IMG/VR virus record: IMGVR_UViG_3300029441_000005
Location: 12,773 to 76,772 of that record
Length of the DNA stretch: 64,000 bases
Reading direction: 5' to 3' (one strand)
Origin: a virus
Positions 9,687-18,409 of this stretch are shown here, piece by piece; the stretch's first letter is position 1; each line of letters begins with the position of its first letter. Under the pieces are notes generated by a model. The model was not told where the DNA came from and made no database searches. It was given only the letters and a program-made list of their open reading frames with translations. A program made the translations under genes and the position numbers.

Positions 9687-10159
9687 ATAACACCTCTTTC
9701 ACTGAAGTATTTATACATGGTCATAATGCTTATTCCATATTTGACCTTTATCTGTAGGTTACTCATACCACTCTCATAATCTTCTATCATCTTATTTATA
9801 GACTCCTCACTCAACTTAGGGCTTGGTATATTAAATCTACCGTCTCTTATACATTGTTGAGTATTCTCTTGGTTAGTACACCAATATAGATTTTCTACTT
9901 TATTATTTTCTCGATTATTATCCTTATGACCCACACACGGTTTATTATCTGGGTTTGGAATGTAGATTAAAGCTACCAACCTATGTATATTAAACGTATA
10001 CTTAATCCCCTTATTATTTCTTAGGCTTACTATCAAGTAACCATTGTTCTTCTTTCTCTTAGCCATTTTCCTCCAAGTAACTCTATCTCTATACTTAGAG
10101 TACACATTACCTTCTCGAGTAACATGGTAACAATCAAAATCTGGTATATTACCTTTCAT
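9665..10159 (-). CDS. free-standing HNH homing endonuclease (NUMOD4-like + HNH_3-like + C-terminal HTH)
   Basis: YHVTREGNVYS, HRLVALIYIPNPDNKPCVGHKDNNRENNKVENLYWCTNQEN. Overlaps both neighbouring genes. Confidence 0.75.
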   Translation of the reverse strand: MKGNIPDFDCYHVTREGNVYSKYRDRVTWRKMAKRKKNNGYLIVSLRNNKGIKYTFNIHRLVALIYIPNPDNKPCVGHKDNNRENNKVENLYWCTNQENTQQCIRDGRFNIPSPKLSEESINKMIEDYESGMSNLQIKVKYGISIMTMYKYFSERGVIWKKGKR

Positions 10160-12443
10160 ACATTCTCTTCCTAAACTCTCTCTTATTTTTCTCTATCTCT
10201 TCTGGATATAACTTAGGATAATCTTCTATTTCAATACCTTTGAACTTACGATGTTCCTCTAAGTACTCATCAGGATTAAAATCTGGTTCAAGCATTTTCC
10301 TATAATCATATCCAGGAATAAAAGGTAGTTCCTCTGCCATAGAACGCCCGATAACGAAGTCCATTGACATACTTACGTCGTCTATCTGGAAGTTGAAGTA
10401 TTCTTTAGTATTTGGGTTACGGCAAGTTTCCCAAATCTCGTATACTACCCAGGTATTTATATATTCGGGACTTACCAAGTAATAGGTAGCATCATGAACA
10501 TTACAAGTCTCTTGCATAAATGGTAACTTACCTTGCCTCATTTTCCAATAGTTTAGGATTGAAGCGAATAAGTTCATATCAGATGCAGCTGATTGACAAG
10601 GCATATTAACTGATAATCTTACTGCGTATGCAGCTTCTTGCTCATTATCAGAATATACTTGAGGTAACCTTCTTTTCCTGCCAAACAAAGATTTAATATA
10701 TCCATGTCTTACCAACACTTTCTCCTGGTTAATCATGAACTTCTTAATCTTTGGATGCTCTTGGAAGAACTCATTCAACTGTTGTTGAGCTTCGTCAGGG
10801 GTTACGATAATACCTGCTTTTGGGTCAGATAGTTTAACTGCAAGCAGTTTCTTCTGAATACCGTAGATAATACCGAAACATATCTGCTTTGCCTGCTTCC
10901 TTCGATTTTTCCAAAGCTTATAATCTGGATGTTGTTCATCGCTGTAAGCTTTGTTTGCTTCCTCGTATGATACACCATACTTGTTTGCTGCAATAGCAAG
11001 GTGAGGGTCCTGACCCTTAGCAAATGCCTCAAGATAAGTCTCATCTCCCGATAGGTGTGCCATGATTCTTAACTCTGCCTGAGAGTAGTCAAGTGCCATG
11101 TATAATTTCCCCTTTGGAGCTACTAACTGTTTCTTAATATTAGCATCTACTGAAGTCTTTGGTATCTGCTGAAGATTTGGTTCAGAACTACTTAGTCGGC
11201 CAGAAGTAGTACCAATAATTTTGAATTGCCCGTGAATTCTATCATCATCCTGAACTTTATCATGCCATCCCTCAATATAGGTTGTATACATTTTCTTTAA
11301 CCCTCTCAACTCGAGAAGATTATCCAGGAAAATTGCTTTGGGATTTTCGGGATTTTTAACCGTTAGTCGAAGTTCTACCAATGTATCTTCATCGGTACTC
11401 GGCTTATCAGTATCACGATTAGTTTTCTTATCCTTGGTATATTTTATGATAGGGAATTTGAACCCCTTTTCAGAATACAACAGTAGAGGTAAATCAATTG
11501 TACTTCCCAAGTTTACTTCTCGGGTTAATTCCAATTCTTTTTTAGTGGTGAATACACCAGCTCGTATATTGGATATTTTTTGCTCCCTGCTTGCTATTTT
11601 CCGTGCGTCCTTTGGGTTATGATAATCCAGGTCTTCAAGTTCACTTTCAATAGATGCAAGGTACTTGCTTATTCTTTCTTGAACAAGCCATCTAGAGAAT
11701 TTTTTCACTCGTGGAAGATTCAAGCAATTAGAAGTTGCTTGTTCAATCTTTGGCTTGTAAGATTCAAGCAGTTCCTGATTGAATTTCCTATCGAGGTATA
11801 ATCCGGTTTTTTCAGCATGCTGCAATACCCTAGAAGCTGGCATAATCAAATGCCTAAACAAGGGGTACATGCCAATCTCTATTAGCTTACTTTCAAAGAA
11901 CATAGCTAACCTAAGAGTATAATCGGTATCCTGACAACCATACTTGCATAATGGTTCCAAGGGTTTCTTATCCCAAGGTATCTTGTCAAACTTCTCTGCC
12001 TTCTCGTAATCGCCATGCTCTGGTAGATACCTTCTAACCATTGACTTCAGGTCATTGGGTTTCTCTTCATTTAGAAGATACTTCATAAGCATTCCATCCA
12101 GAACAGTACCTCTAACATATATCCCATACAACTCGAATATCTGAAGGTCAAACTTCAGATTCCATCCCACTTTAGTTATATTGGGATTCTCAACCACCTT
12201 TCTACCAAAATACTTTAACCAACGTTTCCAATGAGGGTTTTCATATTCGTGGTGACATAATGGAATAGATACACCAGAACCAACTTGAAAGGTTACAGAT
12301 AAAATTGTGGGTTTGAAGGTTTTATTATAAATACCTTCTGCATTTGTCTCGAAGTCGACGGAAGCTATGCCGGTTTTCAAACAAGCTTTCACAAGCCGCT
12401 TGACTTGTGAGAAACTTTTGATTATGTCATATCTTGACTCCAT
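10149..12443 (-). CDS. family-A DNA polymerase with 3'-5' exonuclease domain
   Basis: Exo motifs SVDFETN, NLKFDL, YGCQDTDYT. Pol motif A DYSQAELRIMAHLSGD, motif B RRKQAKQICFGIIYG, motif C NVHDA. Confidence 0.9.
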   Translation of the reverse strand: MESRYDIIKSFSQVKRLVKACLKTGIASVDFETNAEGIYNKTFKPTILSVTFQVGSGVSIPLCHHEYENPHWKRWLKYFGRKVVENPNITKVGWNLKFDLQIFELYGIYVRGTVLDGMLMKYLLNEEKPNDLKSMVRRYLPEHGDYEKAEKFDKIPWDKKPLEPLCKYGCQDTDYTLRLAMFFESKLIEIGMYPLFRHLIMPASRVLQHAEKTGLYLDRKFNQELLESYKPKIEQATSNCLNLPRVKKFSRWLVQERISKYLASIESELEDLDYHNPKDARKIASREQKISNIRAGVFTTKKELELTREVNLGSTIDLPLLLYSEKGFKFPIIKYTKDKKTNRDTDKPSTDEDTLVELRLTVKNPENPKAIFLDNLLELRGLKKMYTTYIEGWHDKVQDDDRIHGQFKIIGTTSGRLSSSEPNLQQIPKTSVDANIKKQLVAPKGKLYMALDYSQAELRIMAHLSGDETYLEAFAKGQDPHLAIAANKYGVSYEEANKAYSDEQHPDYKLWKNRRKQAKQICFGIIYGIQKKLLAVKLSDPKAGIIVTPDEAQQQLNEFFQEHPKIKKFMINQEKVLVRHGYIKSLFGRKRRLPQVYSDNEQEAAYAVRLSVNMPCQSAASDMNLFASILNYWKMRQGKLPFMQETCNVHDATYYLVSPEYINTWVVYEIWETCRNPNTKEYFNFQIDDVSMSMDFVIGRSMAEELPFIPGYDYRKMLEPDFNPDEYLEEHRKFKGIEIEDYPKLYPEEIEKNKREFRKRMYER

Positions 12444-12690
12444 GTTTATTCTTATTATATGCAGTATAGAATAGATTTTTACATGACCCTAAGTCTGATG
12501 TATTCTTTACTACTTGAAAGATACCGTTCTTTACTCTTTTTATATACCCTGCTCTACAAAGAAGACAGCATAACCAATATAAATATGCTGTCTTAGCTCC
12601 TGTACTTTGTAAGTAAGTATACCTAAATGTCTGACCAACTTCTTTATTTTGTAGAAGTTTTATCAAGTTATATATAATGTCTCCTTTCAT
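12427..12690 (-). CDS. hypothetical small protein (start moved to MKGDIIYNL; the longer ORF-track start overlaps tRNA-Leu)
   Basis: ATG at 12688-12690. The N-terminal extension 12691-12741 is tRNA sequence. Confidence 0.4.
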   Translation of the reverse strand: MKGDIIYNLIKLLQNKEVGQTFRYTYLQSTGAKTAYLYWLCCLLCRAGYIKRVKNGIFQVVKNTSDLGSCKNLFYTAYNKNKHGVKI

Positions 12691-12708
12691 AAGAATTATA
12701 AAATCATG

Positions 12709-12791
12709 TACTCGGAGCGGGAATCGAACCCGCAAGGTCAATGACCGTCAGAGCTTAAATCTGATGAGTTTACCTATTTCTCCATCCGAGC
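12709..12791 (-). tRNA. tRNA-Leu (anticodon TAA), type II with long variable arm
   Basis: Hand-folded: acceptor GCTCGGA/TCCGAGT, anticodon loop TTTAAGC, variable arm CGGTCATTGACCTTG, T-arm GCGGG-TTCGATT-CCCGC. Confidence 0.85.
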
Positions 12792-12800
12792 AATAAAAAT

Positions 12801-12821
12801 GAGGAGTTATCAGTACTCCTC
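12801..12821 (-). terminator. hairpin GAGGAGT-N7-ACTCCTC followed (minus strand) by ATTTTTATT, immediately 5' of tRNA-Leu
   Basis: Perfect 7-bp stem read directly. Could be a terminator or a processing signal. Confidence 0.35.
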
Positions 12822-13002
12822 TAAACTGGCCGCTGACAAGATATTACCTCTAGAAAGATATCTCACCATTACAGTATCAATTAAGCATCTTATACTTTAT
12901 ACTTATTTAGGTGTTTTTCCTAAAGGGAGATACTTACCTTTAGTAATATGATTGATCAGTTCATATTCTCACCCAAATATACCATCTGCTTTTCAATGGT
13001 AG

Positions 13003-13077
13003 TACGGAAGACAGGATTCGAACCTGCGACCCCTTGCTCCCAAAGCAAGTACACTAACCGGACTGTGCTACTTCCGT
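13003..13077 (-). tRNA. tRNA-Pro (anticodon TGG)
   Basis: Hand-folded: acceptor ACGGAAG/CTTCCGT, anticodon stem-loop CTTGC-TTTGGGA-GCAAG, T-loop TTCGAAT. Confidence 0.85.
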
Positions 13078-13166
13078 AAATTAGGTACCAGTCTATATCC
13101 CTACCGTCCAGTACCTGGGAATGAATCAGGACTCGTTGTCCACAGCGCAAAATAAAGATTCATTAG

Positions 13167-13240
<74 letters not shown>

Positions 13241-13318
13241 GGTTGAAGGTAACGGCCTTTACTACTAATCTCGGTATGACAGAAAAGAAACTAAGTTCAA
13301 CCACCGTTACCTTCTTTG

Positions 13319-14092
13319 TTACCTTAATTCGGTCTGGATAGAAGTTTTGAGTTTTACCCAGTCCTTTTTATAACTATGCAAACTATCAATAGTATGATAG
13401 AGATAACCAGGTTTGGTACCCACTTCTCTAGCTACGTATTCCATTAGTTTCCATGCCAAGTATACATCATTTCCAAAGTGAGTTACAAAATCTGATGATC
13501 TTTGGTGATAGCAAATATTTAATTGCTTTTCACCTCGGGCATTCTCCCGTATTAGGAAGTCGTAGTACATTGAACATGGGATGCGCATCTTACCATCCAG
13601 GCTTTCAGCATCTGAATATTCTACCTGCCCATCTTCACCATAGATATTAAGTATGGCTTTACGAGTATCGTTATCATCCTTGAGCAGACCTATAACAGCC
13701 TGTAACTTGGTCATTACAATCCCATTATACCTTACTACCTCATTCATTCTCTCTGAATAAGTATAGTCGAAGTACCTACCATTTACAAGAAACTCCCCCC
13801 ATATTTCAGGACGTAATTTCCAAGCTTCTCCTGGGTTAATTTGTCCCGGATGGATCCTTTCCTGGAACTCGGCATCTGCCCAATCTTTGGATTGGGTGAA
13901 TACAAATAGGGGAGCCGGGTCTTCCATGTGAGTTAAACAGTACTGTTCACATATCAATTCTTTAGTAATAAAGTCATCTTTGCCTTCGATAACTTTATTC
14001 TGATAGGTACGGGGTTTTACCTCATTACCCATCTCACAAAGATTACGAGCTGTTTCTGACATTAACTCATACGGGTTCGAATATATTCTCAT
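13319..14092 (-). CDS. thymidylate synthase / dCMP hydroxymethylase superfamily enzyme (Asp at the base-specificity position, as in T4 gp42)
   Basis: DTRKAILNIY, nucleophile IPCSMYYDF, HQRSSDFVTHFGND, DSLHSY align with the TS and dCMP-HMase core motifs. Confidence 0.75.
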   Translation of the reverse strand: MRIYSNPYELMSETARNLCEMGNEVKPRTYQNKVIEGKDDFITKELICEQYCLTHMEDPAPLFVFTQSKDWADAEFQERIHPGQINPGEAWKLRPEIWGEFLVNGRYFDYTYSERMNEVVRYNGIVMTKLQAVIGLLKDDNDTRKAILNIYGEDGQVEYSDAESLDGKMRIPCSMYYDFLIRENARGEKQLNICYHQRSSDFVTHFGNDVYLAWKLMEYVAREVGTKPGYLYHTIDSLHSYKKDWVKLKTSIQTELR

Positions 14093-14289
14093 TGTTCGTG
14101 ATTTTTAATATATTTTCTTATAGATTTTCGTAGTTCTTTTAGGTCCTGAATATTCATGTTGGGAAGACCTACCCAATAATTAACATTGGTACATACATAT
14201 AACTCTATGTCCCTGCCATTCCTATCAGGATATTTACCCTTGAATATCTTTACTCCAAAATAGGGTTTATCTTTCCTCTCGTACTTCAC
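14089..14289 (-). CDS. small hypothetical protein (GTG start)
   Basis: 66-aa ORF. C-terminal NMNIQDLKELRKSIRKYI is shared with the adjacent unlisted ORF. Confidence 0.4.
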   Translation of the reverse strand: MKYERKDKPYFGVKIFKGKYPDRNGRDIELYVCTNVNYWVGLPNMNIQDLKELRKSIRKYIKNHEQ

Positions 14290-14446
14290 TTAGATACCTC
14301 CTTATCTTTCTTTTAAGTTGCCTTAAATCCTTTACACTGATATTGGCCACGGTATTGAATAACCACCCATCATCCGTGGAGAAAGTTATATCTATATCTC
14401 CTCCGAGTTTACTGGTGTAAGGAGATTTCTTTACCTCTATTTTCAT
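14267..14446 (-). CDS. small hypothetical protein (59 aa), tandem paralog of 14089-14289; below the ORF-track cutoff
   Basis: Own translation MKIEVKKSPYTSKLGGDIDITFSTDDGWLFNTVANISVKDLRQLKRKIRRYLSEVREER. Shares the DL(R/K)xL(K/R)xxIRxY(L/I) tail. Confidence 0.35.
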   Translation of the reverse strand: MKIEVKKSPYTSKLGGDIDITFSTDDGWLFNTVANISVKDLRQLKRKIRRYLSEVREER

Positions 14447-14482
14447 TGCATTGGTATTTGCAATTCAATAGACTTCCCTATA

Positions 14483-15271
14483 TTAGAATGGTAGCCAGTC
14501 TTCACTACCGAGTGTACAATCCTTTGCCAGTGTTTTGGGATATTTGAATAATTCTGGTCTGAGTACTTTCAATGCTCTTTTATGTACCTTATACTTTATC
14601 TTGTCAGGGTCTACTTTAAGTAGATACTTCAACCTATCATACCAATTACCATCATATATACCAAGCTTATCACTAAGCTTTAATAGGTCTTCATGAGCAT
14701 GATACATTAGTAATACAGTATCATCGTTGAATATCTGACTGAAGTGTATTGATACATGGAATTTCTGTCCGATAGGGAATAAGTATTCCCCTATCCTTTG
14801 AATCAGTAATAGGTCACAGATAAGTCTTTTGGTTACCTCTGATGCCCTCATGAATACCGTTATCATAGGGTAATCCATACCTGCTTTCTTTGATACAGTT
14901 AGAGACAACAAGCAATTCTTGCCATGAGCATGCTTATTATCAAACTGATAGCCTATGTTGAATATCTTCCTTGAGTTTAAGGCTTTTACTACTTCCTGCC
15001 TTAAATCAATTATACCGTTTTCATTCACATAATTTGCTACCAAAGACTTCCACTTAGCTGAAGTGTAATTGAAATGCCTGCCGAAATCGAATTCAGGATC
15101 TACCAGAGGTTCTTTAATATAGATGACTAAATCATTTAAGTATTGTGCTTTACCAATTCTTTCAATATCCAAACCGGGAGTATTGAAAAGGAATAATCTG
15201 TTAAGTCCCTCCCAAGCTTTCATACTTGTTTTGAACTTCAACAGGTTATTCTTTAACTTAAACTTACTCAT
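14483..15271 (-). CDS. divergent thymidylate-synthase-fold paralog, function unknown
   Basis: FNYTSAKWKSLVANY, NSRKIFNIGY, GKNC then MRASEV 22 residues later, Asp at +11 from the Arg. Same motif order and spacing as TS. Confidence 0.5.
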   Translation of the reverse strand: MSKFKLKNNLLKFKTSMKAWEGLNRLFLFNTPGLDIERIGKAQYLNDLVIYIKEPLVDPEFDFGRHFNYTSAKWKSLVANYVNENGIIDLRQEVVKALNSRKIFNIGYQFDNKHAHGKNCLLSLTVSKKAGMDYPMITVFMRASEVTKRLICDLLLIQRIGEYLFPIGQKFHVSIHFSQIFNDDTVLLMYHAHEDLLKLSDKLGIYDGNWYDRLKYLLKVDPDKIKYKVHKRALKVLRPELFKYPKTLAKDCTLGSEDWLPF

Positions 15272-16253
15272 CTGTTTCAGGAGTTAATTCACTGTCATCC
15301 ATATCGTCTTCTTCTGAAGAGGAGAATGATATCAACTTCTTCCTTTTCTTCTCCCCACTTTCCTCTAGCTTTAGTTTGAGACCATACTTTTCGGTGAACT
15401 TTAAGTAGGTCTTTTTTATCATGTTACGCTTGAGGATAGAGGGACATACCTCGGGCAATGGGATACCATCCCAATCTCCAATTTCTAAGGCTGAGGCTAA
15501 CATAGATTTCTGTTTATACCCCAAATCTTTCCTTAATACCTTGAAAGCTCTGAAACTGTTACCATAGGTTTTATAACCTGCTTCATCGCTTGTCATAAGT
15601 TTTTTGAGAGATTTACGTATCTTCTTTCTACGTACTTCATCGGTACAGTTCTCTTTCAATAACTCCTTAATATCTTTTCGATTCTGATACAGCAAGATTG
15701 TAGTATCATTTGCCCAAGCTGCTTTGATAACCAACTTTAGAGAGAAGTTATCATGGCCATAAATATACTGACCCATACGGCAGAATAGTAGCATATCTAT
15801 GGGCAACCTTGTAACTATCTCTGAAGATCGGAGTATTACTGTTATATCAGGATTTTCAACTCCTATCTTACGAGAGAATATACCGCCCACCAAGCATCCC
15901 TTACCACTGCCATGATTATCAGCAAAATGGAATCCAATGTGATAATTCCTGTTTACTGTCTTGTTCTCTTCTAACTTCCTTATCATCAGTTTGGCCTGAT
16001 CAAGTACATCCAAATCCAAGTAGTTGGTAATTAAACCAGTCCACTTAGTCATGGTGTACCCAAACATCTTACCGAAGTCAAAGTCAGGGTTAAATTTAGC
16101 CTCAGCTATTTCTACCATCAAGTCGTATGTAAAAAGAGAATCGGTTAAGTTATAACCAATTCCTTCACAAAACCAGTCGGGTTTCTTGATTAAGAAATTT
16201 TCCAGTATCTTTTCCCAAGCTTCTATTGGGTTCTTAGCTTTTACCAAATTCAT
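15264..16253 (-). CDS. second divergent thymidylate-synthase-fold paralog with acidic C-terminal tail (start moved to MNLVKAKNP)
   Basis: FGYTMTKWTGLITNY, GKGC then LRSSEI 22 residues later, Asp at +11. Clear paralog of 14483-15271. ATG 16251-16253 abuts the upstream stop. Confidence 0.5.
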   Translation of the reverse strand: MNLVKAKNPIEAWEKILENFLIKKPDWFCEGIGYNLTDSLFTYDLMVEIAEAKFNPDFDFGKMFGYTMTKWTGLITNYLDLDVLDQAKLMIRKLEENKTVNRNYHIGFHFADNHGSGKGCLVGGIFSRKIGVENPDITVILRSSEIVTRLPIDMLLFCRMGQYIYGHDNFSLKLVIKAAWANDTTILLYQNRKDIKELLKENCTDEVRRKKIRKSLKKLMTSDEAGYKTYGNSFRAFKVLRKDLGYKQKSMLASALEIGDWDGIPLPEVCPSILKRNMIKKTYLKFTEKYGLKLKLEESGEKKRKKLISFSSSEEDDMDDSELTPETDE

Positions 16254-16254
16254 A

Positions 16255-17166
16255 CTAATACTTCGATTTTTGACGGAACATATTGATACGGTTCTTCTTG
16301 AAATAGATGTAGAATACATCATCTGAACCCATACCTATCCATCCCAAATACCCACAGAAGTAGATGAAGGCCTTCACTAATTCCGACTGATACTTTAACT
16401 CCTGAGTCATTACCTGGGATTGCTTCCAGGGTTTATTCTTCAGGAAGTTACGAGCAATGTTCAGATGATGGGTTATCTTCCATAACAGATATGGGTAGTT
16501 TACTAAGTACTCTACATAATTGAAGTATCTACCTCCCTCGAGTAACTTTGTGTTATAGTCCAGATGTGTTTCTGAATCCATGTTCTCGTACCACTTGATA
16601 AGGTCTGTGGCATTGTTGTGTAAGATAACACTGATATCTCCCTTGACCATTATCCACATTACCCCGAGATTCATTGCTGTACGCAGAATATCATCGTGGT
16701 TCTTGTTTAGAGAATCTACCACTGATTGAGTACAATGGTTGTCCTTTACCCACTTCTCCATATATGTCATTATATCCTCTGGTTGGATATTGGCATATAT
16801 AAGCAGTTCTATAAAGAAGTGGATTGCATCGGCGTTCTCTTCGTTAGCATTCTGCAGATTATTGAGTATCTCTGTATACTCTATGCAATCTCCTTGGGTT
16901 TGTACCAACTTGGCATGATTGGCTTCGAATAAAGCCATAACATTTTCGAAAGATTCATATCCTTCGGATAACTCCTCAATAACCCGGGCAGTAAAGTCCT
17001 TCAATAGTGTTTGAGAAGCCTTTGTATTGATGTCTACCGGATACTGTGGTAGCCCCTCTATGCCTATATACCCAGACAAGAGGTTCTTTTGCATTTGATA
17101 TATCTCTTCTAGATACTTATGGTCGGGAATTATACCCGGTTCTTCTTTTATATCGCGACTATCCAT
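16255..17166 (-). CDS. all-alpha MazG-like / dimeric-dUTPase-like NTP pyrophosphatase (start moved to MDSRDIKEE)
   Basis: EELSEGYESFE and EENADAIHFFIELLIY resemble the paired EExxE/D metal motifs of the MazG superfamily. Confidence 0.45.
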   Translation of the reverse strand: MDSRDIKEEPGIIPDHKYLEEIYQMQKNLLSGYIGIEGLPQYPVDINTKASQTLLKDFTARVIEELSEGYESFENVMALFEANHAKLVQTQGDCIEYTEILNNLQNANEENADAIHFFIELLIYANIQPEDIMTYMEKWVKDNHCTQSVVDSLNKNHDDILRTAMNLGVMWIMVKGDISVILHNNATDLIKWYENMDSETHLDYNTKLLEGGRYFNYVEYLVNYPYLLWKITHHLNIARNFLKNKPWKQSQVMTQELKYQSELVKAFIYFCGYLGWIGMGSDDVFYIYFKKNRINMFRQKSKY

Positions 17167-17170
17167 GGTC

Positions 17171-17746
17171 TTACTTGTTATCGTGTGCTCCGAATCCTTT
17201 GTCTCCTCTTGTACCCCAGTTCTTTGCCTTCTCTTCGTACTCTTCATTGGTAATCTCTACCGGAGTTGAAAGTATGATGGGAACGTGTACGAATTGCATT
17301 ATTTTCTTACCTTGGTTCAGAGGAATACAAACCTCTTCGGGTGAACCGTTATGAATACCTATGTGCATTTCCCCAGTATAAGGGCTATCCACTATCTCGG
17401 CAGTGAACGACAAACCCTCTTTAGTTGCAATCCCAGATTTATTTGCTGCCATGAGCATGGACTCTTTTGGATTGATAAGTACCTTTATACCAGAAGGGAT
17501 GAGAAGTCTTCCACCTGGCTTAATTACCACATGTACATCATCAGTACCCAACCCATTTAGTTTGATGTAACCTTTACCTAACATCTTCCGATTGATACCG
17601 GAAAAGTCATCCTTACCTTTCTCCCCAACCTTAAGAATATCTTGGTCGGATAACTGAGGAATGTAGAAATCAAGCCCTGCATCCCCCTCATTTGCTCGGT
17701 TAGGGGATTTAACCTCTCGAATCTTTGTGAACTCTAATTGTACCAT
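17171..17746 (-). CDS. dut: trimeric dUTPase-family pyrophosphatase
   Basis: GDAGLDFY, KSGIATKEG, IVDSPYTGEMHIGIHN, C-terminal RGDKGFGAHD (motifs 1-5). Confidence 0.8.
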   Translation of the reverse strand: MVQLEFTKIREVKSPNRANEGDAGLDFYIPQLSDQDILKVGEKGKDDFSGINRKMLGKGYIKLNGLGTDDVHVVIKPGGRLLIPSGIKVLINPKESMLMAANKSGIATKEGLSFTAEIVDSPYTGEMHIGIHNGSPEEVCIPLNQGKKIMQFVHVPIILSTPVEITNEEYEEKAKNWGTRGDKGFGAHDNK

Positions 17747-17747
17747 G

Positions 17748-18149
17748 TTATTTACTGTTGAATTTACGATAAATGTCTCTTGCTTCCTTTCGGGATAACT
17801 CGAACTTACTCTGAAGCTTATCGAGTATTTCCTTCTTACCCAGTTTTTCTCTTACCAATTTACGGTAGTACTTTTTACAACCTTCTATATCTACCAAAGG
17901 TTCCAAATCCTTGAACTGGGTTTCTGCTTCCAGCTCTTTACGAGTCTTACCCATAAGAGCTGTGAACTTAATACAACAGAGTTCGGAATCTCCGCACATC
18001 TTACATTCCTTGGTTGAAAGGTCATAGTGTTTACCGAAACATGGATCTTGTCCTGAACCAAGTTTGGTGATGTCTATAGGTTCAAGAATATCCCCAGTCT
18101 CTAACTCCTTTCTTACTTCCTTAAGTTTGTCTTTCTTTTTCTTCGCCAT
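17748..18149 (-). CDS. hypothetical Cys-rich protein
   Basis: 133-aa ORF with CFGKH...CKMCGDSELCC. Confidence 0.45.
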   Translation of the reverse strand: MAKKKKDKLKEVRKELETGDILEPIDITKLGSGQDPCFGKHYDLSTKECKMCGDSELCCIKFTALMGKTRKELEAETQFKDLEPLVDIEGCKKYYRKLVREKLGKKEILDKLQSKFELSRKEARDIYRKFNSK

Positions 18150-18310
18150 ATATTTGATAGTTTGATATCAAGTGATAGTTAATAGGTATTTCAGTGTCAT
18201 TGATGTAGAATAGTATATGCACTAACTTTCTGGTTCACCCTTATACGTGCGTGCGTATTTATATTTAAGCTTTAGCTTAAGTTAATACTTACTAAGTAAG
18301 TTAAGTATAA

Positions 18311-18372
18311 GTTTATATAGCTTTAGCTATATAAACCTCTATTAGTATTTAGTATACTAAATACTAATAGAG
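18311..18372. repeat. two abutting perfect palindromes (26 bp at 18311-18336, 36 bp at 18337-18372) inside a 260-bp AT-rich gap
   Basis: gtttatatagc-ttta-gctatataaac, then ctctattagtatttagta/tactaaatactaatagag, both verified by hand. Confidence 0.9.
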
Positions 18373-18409
18373 TTATAAGTGTGGGTATATACGTGCGCAT
18401 ATATGCGTA

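Noticed and set aside
12956-13150. 64-aa minus-strand ORF
   Set aside because: It is made almost entirely of tRNA-Pro sequence and the spacer before the CAT tRNA, so it is not protein-coding.
18149-18156. TATATTTG box on the plus strand overlapping the start codon of 17748-18149
   Set aside because: It matches the -7 consensus but points rightwards into a region with no plus-strand gene and has no spaced -33 TTTG. It is likely a chance occurrence in AT-rich sequence.
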